A stretch of 64,000 nt of DNA from an uncultured Chloroflexia bacterium. GTDB lineage: Bacteria > Chloroflexota > Limnocylindria > Limnocylindrales > CSP1-4. The notes beneath the pieces were generated by a model. The model did no database searches and had not been told where the DNA came from. It saw only the letters and a list, made by a program, of their open reading frames with translations. The translations under genes and the position numbers were made by a program. The DNA is taken from assembly GCA_963801445.1 (NCBI GenBank), contig CAWDEW010000010.1, positions 21,338 to 85,337 of the forward strand, read 5' to 3'. Every line of letters starts with the position of its first letter. Within the stretch, counting starts at the first letter, position 1. This document shows, in pieces, positions 9,248-20,611 of the stretch.

Positions 9248-10543
9248 GTGTCCGAGCCGATCGCCGCGCCCGTCCCCCTGACCCGCCACCCCGACTTCCT
9301 CAAGCTCTGGTCCGCCGACACGATCAGCCAGCTGGGGAGCCAGGTCAGCCAGCTCGCGATCCCGTTCGTCGCCCTGGACATCCTCAAGGCCACGACGTTC
9401 GAGATCGCGCTCCTGAACGTCGTGGAGATGCTCCCCTTCCTGCTCGTCGGCCTGGCGGCCGGCGTCTGGGTGGACCGGCTGCGGCGCCGCCCGATCCTCG
9501 TCGCCGCCGATCTCGGCCGCGCCGTGCTCCTGGCCACGATCCCGCTCGCCTTCCTGCTGAACGTCCTGACCATCGTCCAGCTCTACCTGGTGGGCGCGGC
9601 GGTCGGCGTCCTGACCGTCTTCTTCGACATCGCCTACCAGAGCTACCTGCCCTCGCTGGTCGACCATGAACAGATCCAGGAGGGCAACGCGAAGCTGGAG
9701 ATCAGCCGGTCCGGCGCCCAGGCCGTTGGCCCCGCCCTGGCCGGCATCCTGATCGGGCTGATCCGGGCGCCGTTCGCCGTGGCCCTCGATGCCCTGTCCT
9801 TCCTGGGCTCCGGAGTCTTCATCTGGTGGATCCGCCGCCCCGAGCCGCCGCCCGGGCGCCCCGTCACGGACGGCTCGCCGCGGCCCGGGTTCCGGGCCGA
9901 GATGGCCGAGGGGCTGCACTGGGTGCTCGGGAACCCGTACCTGCGCCGGATCGCGGCGTGCACCGGGAGCGGGAACCTCTTCAACTCGATCGCCTTCGCG
10001 GTCATCCTCGTGTTCGCGGTGCGCACGCTGGGCATGACCGCCGCCGGCATCGGCATCGGCTTCTCGATCGGCTCGCTCGGTGCGCTCCTCGGCGCCCTGA
10101 CCGCCAACCGGATCTCGATGCGCCTGGGCGTCGGCCGGACGATCGTCGCGTTCGCGGCCATCGGCGGGCCCCCGGTCGTCCTGTTCGGGCTGGCCCCCGA
10201 GGGCACGCCACAGCCCGTCCTGGTCGGCCTCGTCGCGCTGGTCGGGTTCGTCGGCGGGGTGAGCAACGTCGTCTACAACGTCGCCCAGGTCAGCTTCCGC
10301 CAGGCGATCACGCCGACCCGGCTCCAGGGCCGGATGAACGCGACGATGCGCTGGATCGTCTGGGGGACCATGCCCATCGGGGGCATCCTGGGCGGTCTCC
10401 TGGGGACCTTCATCGGCGTGCGCGAGACGATCCTCATCGGCGGGATCGGCGCGTCGCTGGCCTTCCTGCCGGTTCTCCTCGGGCCGGTACGCACCATCCG
10501 CGAGATGCCGAAGGCGGTCGAGGAGCCGGCCGAGCCGGCCTGA
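9248..10543 (+). CDS. MFS transporter (MFS_3/macrolide-efflux-like)
   Basis: DFLKLWSADTISQLG, GVWVDRLRRR, LQGRMNA; about 12 TM. Confidence 0.9.
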   Translation: MSEPIAAPVPLTRHPDFLKLWSADTISQLGSQVSQLAIPFVALDILKATTFEIALLNVVEMLPFLLVGLAAGVWVDRLRRRPILVAADLGRAVLLATIPLAFLLNVLTIVQLYLVGAAVGVLTVFFDIAYQSYLPSLVDHEQIQEGNAKLEISRSGAQAVGPALAGILIGLIRAPFAVALDALSFLGSGVFIWWIRRPEPPPGRPVTDGSPRPGFRAEMAEGLHWVLGNPYLRRIAACTGSGNLFNSIAFAVILVFAVRTLGMTAAGIGIGFSIGSLGALLGALTANRISMRLGVGRTIVAFAAIGGPPVVLFGLAPEGTPQPVLVGLVALVGFVGGVSNVVYNVAQVSFRQAITPTRLQGRMNATMRWIVWGTMPIGGILGGLLGTFIGVRETILIGGIGASLAFLPVLLGPVRTIREMPKAVEEPAEPA

Positions 10544-10623
10544 CCGGCGCCGCGCCCGACCGGCGCGCCCGGGTCCGCGGCCCCGCCCGGGGGCATCGGG
10601 CCCGGGGCCCCGGATGTGAGGCC

Positions 10624-12291
10624 CTACGCGTCCTCGAGCATCGGGATGTGGACGCCTCGCTCGCGCGCGACCTCGATCGCCCGTTCGTAGCCGGCGTCGA
10701 CGTGCCGGACGACGCCCATGCCCGGATCCGTCGTCAGGACCCGCTCCAGCTTGCGGGCGGCCAGGTCGGTCCCGTCGGCGACCACCACCATGCCCGCGTG
10801 CTGGCTGTACCCGATGCCGACGCCCCCGCCATGGTGGATCGAGACCCAGGTCGCCCCGGCCGCGGTGTTGACCAGCGCGTTGAGGAGCGGCCAGTCGGCC
10901 ACGGCGTCGGTCCCGTCGCGCATCGCCTCCGTCTCGCGGTTCGGCGAGGCGACGGAGCCGGAGTCGAGATGGTCCCTGCCGATCACGATCGGCGCGCTCA
11001 CGACCCCCGTCCGAACGAGCTCGTTGAAGGCGAGCCCCGCCTTCGCCCGCTCGCCGTAGCCCAGCCAGCAGATCCGGGCCGGCAGGCCCTGGAAGGGCAC
11101 CTTCGCCTCGGCCATCGCCAGCCAGCGGCGCAGCCCGGCGTCCTCCGGGAACAGGCGCAGGATCTCCCGGTCGGTCCGCCGGATGTCCTCCGGATCGCCG
11201 GATAGCGCGACCCACCGGAAGGGCCCCTTGCCCTCGCAGAAGAGCGGCCGGATGAACGCGGGCACGAATCCCGGGTAGTCGAACGCGTTCGCGACGCCGG
11301 CCTCCTGGGCCTGGGCCCGCAGGTTGTTGCCGTAATCGAAGACCACCGCGCCGGCCGCGCGCATGGCCAGCATCGCCCGGACGTGGGCCGCCATCCCCGC
11401 CTTCGAGCGCCGCTCGTAGACGTCGGGCTGCGTTCCCCGGAGCGTGATCGCGTCCTGGAGGGTCATCTCCGGGGGCACGTAGCCGCCCAGCGCATCGTGG
11501 GCCGAGGTCTGGTCCGTGACCACGTCGAAGCGCTCGCCGCGCCGGACCAGCTCCGGGTGCGTCTCGGCGGCGTTGCCGACGAGGGCGATGCTCAGCGCCT
11601 CGCCGGCGGACGCGGCGGCGCGGGCCAGCGCGAGGGCCTCGTCGAGGTCGTGGGTGAGGCGGTCCACGTAGCCGATCTCGTGGCGGCGCCGGGCCCGGGC
11701 CTCGTCCACCTCCACGCAGATCGCCACGCCCTCGTTCATCGTGACGGACAGGGGCTGGGCGCCACCCATCCCGCCGAGGCCCGCCGTGAGGGTCACGGTC
11801 CCCCGGAGGGTCCCTCCGAAGTGCTGGCGGGCGAGCTCCGCGAACGTCTCGTAGGTGCCCTGCAGGATCCCCTGGGTCCCGATGTAGATCCAGGAGCCGG
11901 CGGTCATCTGCCCGTACATCATCAGGCCGGCCCGCTCCAGCGCCCGGAAGTGCTCCCAGGTCGCCCACTTCCCGACCAGGTTCGAGTTGGCGATCAGGAC
12001 GCGGGGCGCCCACTCGTTCGTCCGGAAGACGGCGACCGGCTTGCCCGACTGGACGAGGAGCGTCTCGTCGTCCGCGAGCGTGCGCAGCTCGCGGACGATC
12101 GCATCGAACGCGTCCCAGCTGCGCGCCGCCCGGCCCGTGCCGCCGTACACGACGAGCGCGTCCGGATTCTCCGCGACCTCGGGGTCCAGGTTGTTCATGA
12201 GCATGCGCAGCACGGCTTCCTGCTGCCACCCGCGACAGGACAGCTCGGGGCCACGCGGCGCGCGCACCGGCCGGGGTCCGGCTCCGGTCAT
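10624..12291 (-). CDS. hutU: Urocanate hydratase
   Basis: [45 protein letters not shown]. Confidence 0.97.
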   Translation of the reverse strand: MTGAGPRPVRAPRGPELSCRGWQQEAVLRMLMNNLDPEVAENPDALVVYGGTGRAARSWDAFDAIVRELRTLADDETLLVQSGKPVAVFRTNEWAPRVLIANSNLVGKWATWEHFRALERAGLMMYGQMTAGSWIYIGTQGILQGTYETFAELARQHFGGTLRGTVTLTAGLGGMGGAQPLSVTMNEGVAICVEVDEARARRRHEIGYVDRLTHDLDEALALARAAASAGEALSIALVGNAAETHPELVRRGERFDVVTDQTSAHDALGGYVPPEMTLQDAITLRGTQPDVYERRSKAGMAAHVRAMLAMRAAGAVVFDYGNNLRAQAQEAGVANAFDYPGFVPAFIRPLFCEGKGPFRWVALSGDPEDIRRTDREILRLFPEDAGLRRWLAMAEAKVPFQGLPARICWLGYGERAKAGLAFNELVRTGVVSAPIVIGRDHLDSGSVASPNRETEAMRDGTDAVADWPLLNALVNTAAGATWVSIHHGGGVGIGYSQHAGMVVVADGTDLAARKLERVLTTDPGMGVVRHVDAGYERAIEVARERGVHIPMLEDA

Positions 12292-12643
12292 CCTCGTCCT
12301 CCTGCGGTCTTCGTCGTCGGGACGCGCGGCGGGCCCGGCGACCGGCCGGATCAGTCGGCGGACGCGAATCCCCTGCCGAGCCCCGGTTGGCCGCGGCCCT
12401 ACGGTAGCGCCGGGCCTGCCCAGGGGCAATCCGCGGGTCGGCACAATGGCGGCTCGCGGGTCGCGACACGGCTGGGGGCGCCGTCGCGGTACCCTGTCCG
12501 CTCGTATCCCCGAGCACGCCCGCTGCGCGGCCAGCGGGACCGGTTGCCGATCCGGCGGAGATCGCCGCGCTGGTCGCCATCCTGTCTCCGGTGAATCGTC
12601 ACCCTGCCGGATCGGCCATCGTCGCGGATGGCGGGAGGAATGC

Positions 12644-13967
12644 ATGAACGTGCTCACCCTGCGTCGCTGGGCGGAGGTCGAGGAGGGCGAGCGGGCCCGG
12701 ATCATGGGTCGCGCGACCAGCCAGATCCTCGATCCGGCGCTCCTCGCCTCGATCGGCCAGATCTACGCGGATGTCGCCGCCCGGGGCGACGAGGCCGTCG
12801 CGGACGCGACCCTCCGGTTCGACAAGGTCGCGATCTCGCCCGACGCGCTGTTCATCTCCCAGGCGGCCATCGACGCGGCCCACGACACCCTGGATCCGGA
12901 CCTGCTCGACGCGATCCGGGTGGCGATCGCCTCGGTCCGGGCGTTCAACGAGGCGCAGCTGGCGGCCAGCCCGGACTGGCGGCGCGAGATCCGGCCCGGC
13001 GTTGTCGTCGGCGAGCGGTCGCGGGCGATCCCGAGCGCAGGCCTCTTCGTCCCGTGCGGCAAGGGCTCGTTTCCCTCCGTCCTCGTGATGATCGGGGTGC
13101 CCGCGCTGGTAGCGGGCGTCCCCGAGATCACGGTCGTGGTCCCGCCTCTCCCCGGCACGGACCGGGTGGACCCGGGCGTGCTGGCAACCGCCCGGGAGCT
13201 GGGGATCACCCGGGTCCTGCGCGCGAACGGGCCGGCCGGCGTCGCGGCGGTCGTGCTGGGCACGAAGTCGGTGCCCCGGGTGGCCAAGATCGTCGGTCCC
13301 GGCGGCCCGGCCGTGACGGCCGCCCAGGTCCTGGCCCAGGTCCACGGCGTCGCCACGAACATGCTGTGCGGGCCGTCGGAGTCGCTGATCATCGCCGACG
13401 ACTCCAGTCGACCCGGTCCGCCTCGCGGCCGACCTGCTGAACGAGGCGGAGCACGGGCCCGACTCGGCGGCCCTGCTCGTCACGGACTCGCTGGAGACGG
13501 CCGAGCGGATCGACGCGGAGGTCGCCCGCCAGATCGCCGGGCTTCCCGAGCCGCGGGCCTCCTACGCGCGCTCGGCGCTCACCGACCTCGGCGGCGCGTT
13601 CCTGTTCGCCACGATGGACGAGGCGGTCGACTTCGCGGGCGCCTACGCCCCGGAGCACCTCCAGGTCGCCACCCGGGACGTCGAGGCCACGTTCGCCCGG
13701 CTGACCTACGCCGGGGAGGCGCTCCTCGGGCAGGACTCGCCGGTCAGCGCCGCGAACTTCACGATCGGCGTCCCGGCGACCCTCCCGACGGGCGGCTTCG
13801 CGCGGATCAACGGCGGGGTCACCGCCCGCACGTTCATGACCGTGACGTCGGTCGCGAAGCTCAGCGCCGCGGGGCTGGCCTCGCTGGCCCACGCGACGGT
13901 CACCCTGGCGGACCACGAGGGCTTCCCGGCCCACGGCGCCGCGATCCGGATCCGGGGCCTGGCATGA
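12644..13967 (+). CDS. Histidinol dehydrogenase-family protein (divergent HisD paralogue); +1 frameshift near 13406
   Basis: [16 protein letters not shown], then in the next frame [28 protein letters not shown]; removing one base at about 13406 joins both halves. Confidence 0.85.
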
Positions 13968-15112
13968 CCAGCGAGACGCCGGGAGGCAGCCCCGAGGCGG
14001 GCCTGTCCCCGACCCCGGGCGACCTGGGCATCGGCAGCGGGGCGCCCACGACACGCCCGCTCAACCTCCACGACTTCGAGCGTCTCGCGCTCGAGCGGCT
14101 GGACCCGGGCGTGGCCGGGTACTACGGGGGAGCCGCGGCGGACGAGGTGTCCCTCCGCGAGAGCGAGACCGCTTTCCTGCGCTGGCGCTTCGTGCCCCGG
14201 ATGGGCGCGGAGATCGCGGTGCGCGATGCATCCGTGGAGCTGCTCGGCCGGCGCTGGCCCTTGCCCGTCATGACGGCCCCGATGGCGCTGATGCGGATGG
14301 CCGACCCGGAGGGCGAGGTCGCGCTCGCCCGGGCCTGCGCGACACGCGGCCTGACGATGAGCCTGTCCACCGTCGCGAGCTCGACGATCGAGGACGTGGC
14401 CGCGACGGGAGCACCGCTCTGGTTCCAGCTCTACCTGCTGAGCGAGCCGGCCCGCAACCAGGAGCTCCTGGACCGGGCCGCGGCAGCCGGGTGCGAGGCG
14501 ATCATCCTGACCATGGATGCGCCCATCCTGGGGCGCCGCGAGCGCGACCTGCGGACTGGCTTCCGGCTCCCCGACGGCGTCGGGTACGCCAACATCAGGC
14601 GCTCCGGCGCCAGGCGCGGGGACACCTACGGCGACGACTCGTTCAAGGCCTCCAACACGTGGGCCGATCTCGCCTGGACCGTCGGCCATACCCGCCTTCC
14701 GGTGATCGTCAAGGGGATCCTGCACCCGGACGACGCGCGCCGGGCCCTGGCGGAGGGGGCCGCCGCGATCGACGTCTCGAACCACGGGGGCCGCCAGCTC
14801 GACCTGTCGATCGCGGCGCTCGACGCGCTGCCGGCCGTCGCCGAGGCCGTCGACGGGCGTGTCCCGATCCTCCTCGACGGGGGCATCCGGCGCGGCACCG
14901 ACGTGCTGGCCGCGCTGGCCCTCGGGGCGCGGGCCGTGATGCTCGGCCGGCCGCTCCTCTGGGCGCTCGCCTGGGGCGGCCAGGCCGGCGCCGGCCTGGC
15001 CCTGGACCTGCTCACCGCGGAGTACGACCTGGCCCTCGCGCTCTCCGGGGCGGTCCGCTCGTCCGACGTGCGCCACGACCTGCTGGTGCCGGCACCGGCG
15101 GCCCGGGGCTGA
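13964..15112 (+). CDS. FMN-dependent alpha-hydroxy acid oxidase
   Basis: WFQLY, VSNHGGRQLD, DGGIRRGTDVL; ATGA overlap with upstream stop. Confidence 0.92.
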   Translation: MTSETPGGSPEAGLSPTPGDLGIGSGAPTTRPLNLHDFERLALERLDPGVAGYYGGAAADEVSLRESETAFLRWRFVPRMGAEIAVRDASVELLGRRWPLPVMTAPMALMRMADPEGEVALARACATRGLTMSLSTVASSTIEDVAATGAPLWFQLYLLSEPARNQELLDRAAAAGCEAIILTMDAPILGRRERDLRTGFRLPDGVGYANIRRSGARRGDTYGDDSFKASNTWADLAWTVGHTRLPVIVKGILHPDDARRALAEGAAAIDVSNHGGRQLDLSIAALDALPAVAEAVDGRVPILLDGGIRRGTDVLAALALGARAVMLGRPLLWALAWGGQAGAGLALDLLTAEYDLALALSGAVRSSDVRHDLLVPAPAARG

Positions 15113-15176
15113 CGGCCGGACTCGGGCGGACCGGCGACTCGCCGCCCGGCCTGACGGCCTGCCGGCCGCCGAGCGG

Positions 15177-15863
15177 TCAGCCGCCGGGCAGGTTCGCCAG
15201 CATCTGGCGGCCCAGCATCTTCGGGCCGACCTCGAGGATCGACAGGATCGTCCGCCCGTCCGACCCGACGAGCGCGTGGTAGATCGTCGCCCCGCCGGCA
15301 CAGGCGGTGATCTCCACGTGGCGCCCGGCGATGACCTCGGTCCGGTTCGCGAGCGCACCCCCGGCCGGCTCGCAGCCCGACTTGTCGTAGTCGATCCGCC
15401 ACCGCGCGAAGTAGGCGACGACGTCGACCGCCGGCTTCGGGATGGCCAGGACGAAGGCCGCGATGTTCGCCCCGTTGTCCCCCACGACGCCCGTCTCGTA
15501 CGCGCTGAGGACCGCCGCCAGCTGGGGGTCGGTGGCCGCCTGCGCGGCGGCAGCCGCATCCTCGTGGACCGGCAGCCCGGCGACCTCGGCGGGAACGAGG
15601 GCGAGGAGCGCCGGGTCGATGATCCCGCTCCGGGTCGCCAGCGGCCCCGGCGCCGACGAGACGCCCGGGGCAGTCGATTCCCCGGCAGACGTCGCGGCCG
15701 CCGGACCCGAGGCCGACGCGCCGGGGAGCGCGCCCGTCGCAGGCCCGCTCGGGGCGGCAGGGCCGCATGCGCCCAGGAGCAGGAGCGCTCCGACCGCGAG
15801 CGCGCCGGCCCTCGCGGAGCCTCCGATCCGGCTGGGCCTGGTGGCCGGTCCGGGATCGGTCAA
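15177..15863 (-). CDS. Hypothetical lipoprotein
   Basis: TTG start overlapping upstream stop (TTGA); LLLLGAC lipobox, Ala/Ser/Pro linker, Cys pair in C-terminal domain. Confidence 0.6.
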   Translation of the reverse strand: MTDPGPATRPSRIGGSARAGALAVGALLLLGACGPAAPSGPATGALPGASASGPAAATSAGESTAPGVSSAPGPLATRSGIIDPALLALVPAEVAGLPVHEDAAAAAQAATDPQLAAVLSAYETGVVGDNGANIAAFVLAIPKPAVDVVAYFARWRIDYDKSGCEPAGGALANRTEVIAGRHVEITACAGGATIYHALVGSDGRTILSILEVGPKMLGRQMLANLPGG

Positions 15864-16636
15864 AGCTCGCGCCGCACGACCGGGAAGCGCTCGTCGTCGA
15901 CGACGACCCGGAACCCGGCCCGCGCCCAGAAGCGCGGCGTGGCGGCGCTGGTGGCGTCGGGCCGCGTCCGCGCCTCCGGGTACGCCTCCACGGCAGCGAA
16001 CCCGCGCCCCGCAAGGTCGTCGCACACCGCGTCGACGAGGCGCAGCGCGTGGCCGAGACCGCGAGCTTCGGCGGTCGTCGCCACGCAGGTGATCACCGCC
16101 GGCAGCGGGGCCCTGGGCAGCTGCGCGTAGAGCTCGCGAAGGCGCAACGCGCGCGGGTAGGCCGACAGGGGGCCGAACTGCGCATAGGCGACCGCGCGCT
16201 CGCCCGCCTCGTCTTCGACGAGCAGGACCCTGGCGTAGCTCCCGAAGACGGCGAGGCCGCGGCCCAGCAGCTCGAGCTTGCGCGGGCCGCCGGCGGTCGC
16301 GGACGGCGCTGCCGGCCGGCGCGGCGCGAACGGGTTGGCGGCCATCGGGTCAGCGGCCGGATCGGCGGCGAACGGGTTGGCGGTCGCGGACCGCGGCGGA
16401 GGCGCGAACGGGTTCGACGCGCTCCGCGACGGCGCGAACGGATTGTCCGATGCGCGCTCGGGCCCGGTCCTGGCGGGCTGTCCCGCGGCCAGCCAGCCGG
16501 CGCGATGAGCCTTCGAGCCCCGGTCCGCGTCCTCCCAGTAGTCGCACGTCCGGTGGTCGAAGGAGGGGTCCGCGCACGGTGGCAGCAGGCCGAAGGATGC
16601 TGCGTCGGTGACGTCGACGATCCGGAAGCGCGACAT
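15860..16636 (-). CDS. GNAT-family acetyltransferase with internal NPFA repeats
   Basis: ITCV...ARGLGHALRLVDAVCDDL...VEAYP, F.RAGF; related to DUF5624-like CxYW GNATs (family knowledge, tentative). Confidence 0.75.
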   Translation of the reverse strand: MSRFRIVDVTDAASFGLLPPCADPSFDHRTCDYWEDADRGSKAHRAGWLAAGQPARTGPERASDNPFAPSRSASNPFAPPPRSATANPFAADPAADPMAANPFAPRRPAAPSATAGGPRKLELLGRGLAVFGSYARVLLVEDEAGERAVAYAQFGPLSAYPRALRLRELYAQLPRAPLPAVITCVATTAEARGLGHALRLVDAVCDDLAGRGFAAVEAYPEARTRPDATSAATPRFWARAGFRVVVDDERFPVVRREL

Positions 16637-16807
16637 GGCGAGAGGGTAGCGCGGCGAGCGGCCGGGCGGGCGGTGCGCGGCCGGGCGGGCGGGGCGCGGC
16701 CGGCCGGCGCGGGTCCGGCCTCACGCAGCGCCCCCGGGCCGCCCGGCCGGTCGGAATCGGGCGACGCGGCACTCGCGGTCGCCCGGCCGGCGCGCAACCG
16801 TTCCGCC

Positions 16808-17549
16808 ATGTCGAACGTTGCCGCAGCCGATCCCATCCTGCCCGGCGCCGCGGGCCGCGCGCTGGACGTCGATCCGAACGACGACGGTGCGCCCGGCCGG
16901 ATGCCCGGGCCCGGGCTTCCGCCACCCCCCACGTTGAGCCCCGCGATGGCCCGCGCCTCGGAAGCCAGTCGGACGGCATTCCGGTGGGGCAACCGGTCGC
17001 TCATGGTCCCGCTTCACCGGGCGGGCCTCGCGGCGTGGCTGGGCAATCCACTGACCGGCTGGCAGCTGCTCCTCACGACGACCGGTCGCAAGAGCGGCCT
17101 GCCACGCCCGACGCCGCTCGGCTACCTCGTCGCAGAGGGAGCAGCCTGGGTCCTCGCCGGGTACGGCCCCGCGACGCTCTGGTATCGCAACCTGCTCGCG
17201 GAGCCGCGCGTGGAGGTGCTCCTTCCGGCGCGCCCGTTCGTTCGCGGCCCGCGCGGAGGAGGTCCTGGACCCGGAGGTCCGGGCGCGGATCATCCCGGCC
17301 CTGTGCCGATCCATGGCCCTGCCGGGCGCCCTGATCGGGGCCATGCCCGCGAACGCAAGCGACGAGAAGATCATGGAGCTGACCGCATGGGTCCCCCTGA
17401 TCGCCCTCCGGCCCGAGGTCGGACGCCTCGTCGCGGGTCCCGACGACCCAGGCGGCCTGGGCTGGATCCCGCGCCAGGTGGTGGCGACCGTGGCGGGCGC
17501 CTGGCTTCTTCGCCTCGTCGGCCGACTCGCGCGGCACCTCGCGGGCTGA
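16808..17549 (+). CDS. Deazaflavin (F420)-dependent nitroreductase-family oxidoreductase; frameshift near 17240
   Basis: LLLTTTGRKSGLPRPTPL, WYRNLLAEPRV; downstream half continues in another frame (AEEVLDPEVR...). Confidence 0.8.
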
Positions 17550-17650
17550 TTGCGCGCGAGCAGCGGGCCGGCTACGAACCCGGCGCCAGCGCCGAGCCCG
17601 GCGCCGTGGACGAGGCGCTCCCCTGGAGCGCCCCGTCGGGGCCGCGAGAC

Positions 17651-19320
17651 CTAGCTGACGTCCGGTTCGGCGAGCGCTCCGAGCGCGCCGTCCTGCACGA
17701 TCCGGAGCGCGGCCGCCAGGTCCGGGCCGGGCTCGCGGTCGACGCGGAGCCGGGGAATGGCCGACCGGATCCTCGCGTGGGCGGCGCGACGCCGGCGCCG
17801 GGCGCCGCGCCCGGCACGAGCTCGAGGCGCAGGTCAAGCGCCTGGGCTCCTGCCAGGAGCTCGATCGAGAGGATCCTCTCGACGTTGGCCAGGACGTCCC
17901 GGGCGTGCCGGGCGGCCGTCGCGCCCATCGAGACGTGGTCCTCCTGGTTCGCGCTGGTCGGGATCGAGTCCGCCGACGCGGGATGGACCAGGACCTTGTT
18001 CTCCGAGGCGAGGGCCGCGGCAGTGTACTGGTAGATCATCATCCCCGAGTTCAGGCCGCTCGCCTCGGCCAGGAACGGCGGGAGCCCGCCGCTCAGCCGA
18101 TGGTCGACGAGCAGCGCGATCCGGCGCTCCGAGATCGCGCCGAGCTCGGCGAGGGCGAGCTTCGCGAAGTCGAGCGCGAGGGCGATCGGCTCGCCGTGGA
18201 AGTTCCCGCCGGAGATCACGAGGCCGCCCCCGGTCGCGGCCACGTCGACGGCCGCAACCCCACCGCCCGGGAAGACCAGCGGGTTGTCCGTGGCGGCGTT
18301 CATCTCCACGTCCAGGACGCGGCGCAGGTAGTCGAGGGCGTCCCGGACGGCCCCATGGACCTGGGGCACGCAACGCAGCGAGTAGGGGTCCTGGACCTTG
18401 TGCATCGACCCGTGGTGGGAAGCCATCAACCCCGAATCGCGCAGGAGATGGCGCAGCTCGGCCGCGACGGCGACCTGGCCGGGATGGGGCCGGGCCAGCT
18501 GGTAGGCCGCCGCGAAGGCCACGTCGGTCCCGAGCAACGCTTCCACCGACAGCGCCGCCGCGACCGAGGCGGTCCGGGTCAGGCGGTCGGCATCCGCGAG
18601 CAGGAGGGCCCCGATCGCGCTCATCAGCTGGGTGCCGTTGAGAAGCGCCAGGCCTTCCTTCGCCTCCAGGACGAGGGGCTCCAGCCCGGCCTCGCGAAGC
18701 GCCACGAGCGCGGGGATCACCTGGCCGCCCATCTCCACCTCGCCGCGTCCGATGAGCGGGAGCGCGAGGTGCGCGAGCGGGGCGAGGTCGCCGGACGCGC
18801 CGACGCTGCCCTGGGCGGGCACGACGGGGTGGACGCCGGCTTCGAGGAACGCCAGGAGCCGGTCGACGATGAGCGGGCGACAGCCGGAGTGACCCAGCGC
18901 CAGCGTGTTCGCGCGGAGGAGGAGCATCGCCCGCACGACGTCGCGGGGCAGCGCCGGCCCCACGCCGACCGCGTGGCTGATGAGCAGGTTCTCCTGGAGC
19001 CGGCGCGTGTCCGCCGGCGGGATGTAGGTCGTGGCGAGGTCGCCGAACCCGGTCGTGATCCCGTAGACGACTGCCCCGGACGCGACGAGCCGCTCGACGA
19101 CTGCCCGCGCCTCGTCCATCCGGGCCCGGGCGTGGACATCCAGCCGGGCGAGGGCGCCGTGGCGGGCCACCGCCTCGAGCTCGACGATCGAGAGGTCGGC
19201 CCCGGTCAGGACCACGTCCGTCACGGGTTCGGGCAGGGCGACCCGCGGCGTGGCCGTCGCGGGCAGGTCCGCGGGGCGGTGATGCGGGCCGGACGGGTGG
19301 GAGGGCGGCTGGTCAGTCAT
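17651..19320 (-). CDS. hutH: Histidine ammonia-lyase; frameshift near 17785 (true stop probably TAG 17651)
   Basis: YGITTGFG, MIO motif GASGDLAPLAH, QDPYSLRCVPQVHG, GGNFHGEP, QEDHVSMG. Confidence 0.95.
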
Positions 19321-19430
19321 CGCCGCCGAGCATAGCCGGGGCGGTGGTCGGACGCGACCCGGAGCCCGGACGTGCTCGCCGCGAGCCGCCCCTTCCGCCC
19401 GACTCCGCGTCCCTCGCGTATCCTGCGCCC

Positions 19431-20109
19431 GTGCTTGCCTTCATCGACCAGATCGTCATCCCGTTCCTGAACAGCCTGTACGGGGCGGTCGGCTACCTCG
19501 GCGTCCTGATCGCGATGGCGATCGAGTCGGCGATGGTGCCCCTGCCCTTCCGAGCTGATCCTGCCCTACGCCGGCTTCCTGGTCTCCGACGCCTCCAAGC
19601 TCGAGCCGCTCACCAACGGGCCGTGGGGCTTCTGGATCGTGGTGGTCGTGGCCACGCTCGGGAACACGATCGGATCGCTGGTCGCGTACGCGATCGGCGC
19701 TTACGGCGGGCGCCCGTTCCTGGAGCGCTACGGGAAGTACCTGCTGATCCGTCCCCACGAGATCGAGATCGCGGATCGCTTCTTCCGGCGCTGGGGACCC
19801 CAGACGGCGTTCTTCAGCCGGCTCCTGCCGATCGTCCGGACGTTCATCAGCTTCCCGGCCGGCGTGGCGCGCATGCCCCTGGTCCCGTTCGTCGCCTACT
19901 CGACGGCCGGGGCGTTCCTGTGGTCGACCGTCCTGGTCTGGGCGGGCGTGCAGCTCGGGGCGAACTGGGTCCAGATCCGGCACGCGCTCCAGCCGTTCGA
20001 CCTCCTGATCGCAGCCCTGGTGGTCGTGGGCATCGCGGCCTTCATCTGGCTCCGCCTGGGCCGTCCGCTGCCGGGCCGGAAGCGCGGGCCCGACGTCGAC
20101 GCGGACTGA
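19431..20109 (+). CDS. dedA: DedA family protein; frameshift near 19550
   Basis: IESAMVPLP / SELILPYAG split across frames; FFSRLLPIVRTFISFPAG. Confidence 0.9.
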
Positions 20110-20208
20110 ACCTCCCCGGCGAAGGCAGCCCGGGCGACGCTCCGGGCGCCCCTCGCCGCTCCGTGCGCGGTCGACCGCGAAACTCCCAAGTCAACCCACC
20201 AATCGGCT

Positions 20209-20285
20209 GGCATGTGACGACATATGCCTTACGCATAGCGGGTACTACGGACCTATTGGCGCGTTTTGTAAGGATGGAGCATAAT
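20209..20285 (+). promoter_or_regulatory. Palindrome GGCATGTG-N4-CATATGCC plus candidate TTGGCG-18-CATAAT promoter
   Basis: Palindrome 20209-20228 (1 mismatch); -35 at 20256-20261, -10 at 20280-20285. Confidence 0.4.
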
Positions 20286-20353
20286 CACAGCGAACGGGCC
20301 GCTGGCCAGCGGCGGTCGGCCCCGCTCCCGTCATCGCGCGCAGGTACCCGCCC

Positions 20354-20470
20354 ATGTTCGAGATTGCCGCCCTGATCCTGCTCTTCATCGTCCTTGCCCT
20401 GCTGGCTCCGCGGACGATCAACACGTTCGATCGGATCGACCCCCGCCTCTACCCCTACATCCACCACTGA
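20354..20470 (+). CDS. Unannotated 38-aa small membrane protein MFEIAALILLFIVLALLAPRTINTFDRIDPRLYPYIHH
   Basis: Below ORF-track cutoff; host-like C/G-ending codons, one TM helix, promoter-like AT-rich region upstream. Confidence 0.55.
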   Translation: MFEIAALILLFIVLALLAPRTINTFDRIDPRLYPYIHH

Positions 20471-20611
20471 GGTCCCGCCCGGCGCGGCCGGGCAGTCAAC
20501 CTGCTCCTCGCTCCTGGACAAGGGCGCCGGCAACGGCGCCCTTGTCGATTCCGGGGTGCGGATCCGGGCCACCGCGCGGGCCAGCGCCGTCCGCGCCCAG
20601 GCGTGCCGGCT

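Noticed and set aside
6556-12580. Very long ORFs 6556-9669 (+) and 7277-12580 (-), and similar ones at 21623-24370, 29226-32129, 46633-49317
   Set aside because: Shadow or alternative-frame ORFs typical of about 72% GC DNA; Arg/Gly/Pro-rich with no motifs, overlapping well-supported genes.
13390-13420. Programmed frameshifting in the HisD paralogue (and hutH, dedA, regulator, HD-GYP)
   Set aside because: No slippery heptamer or stimulatory structure; similar indels occur in many unrelated genes, so sequencing error is more parsimonious.
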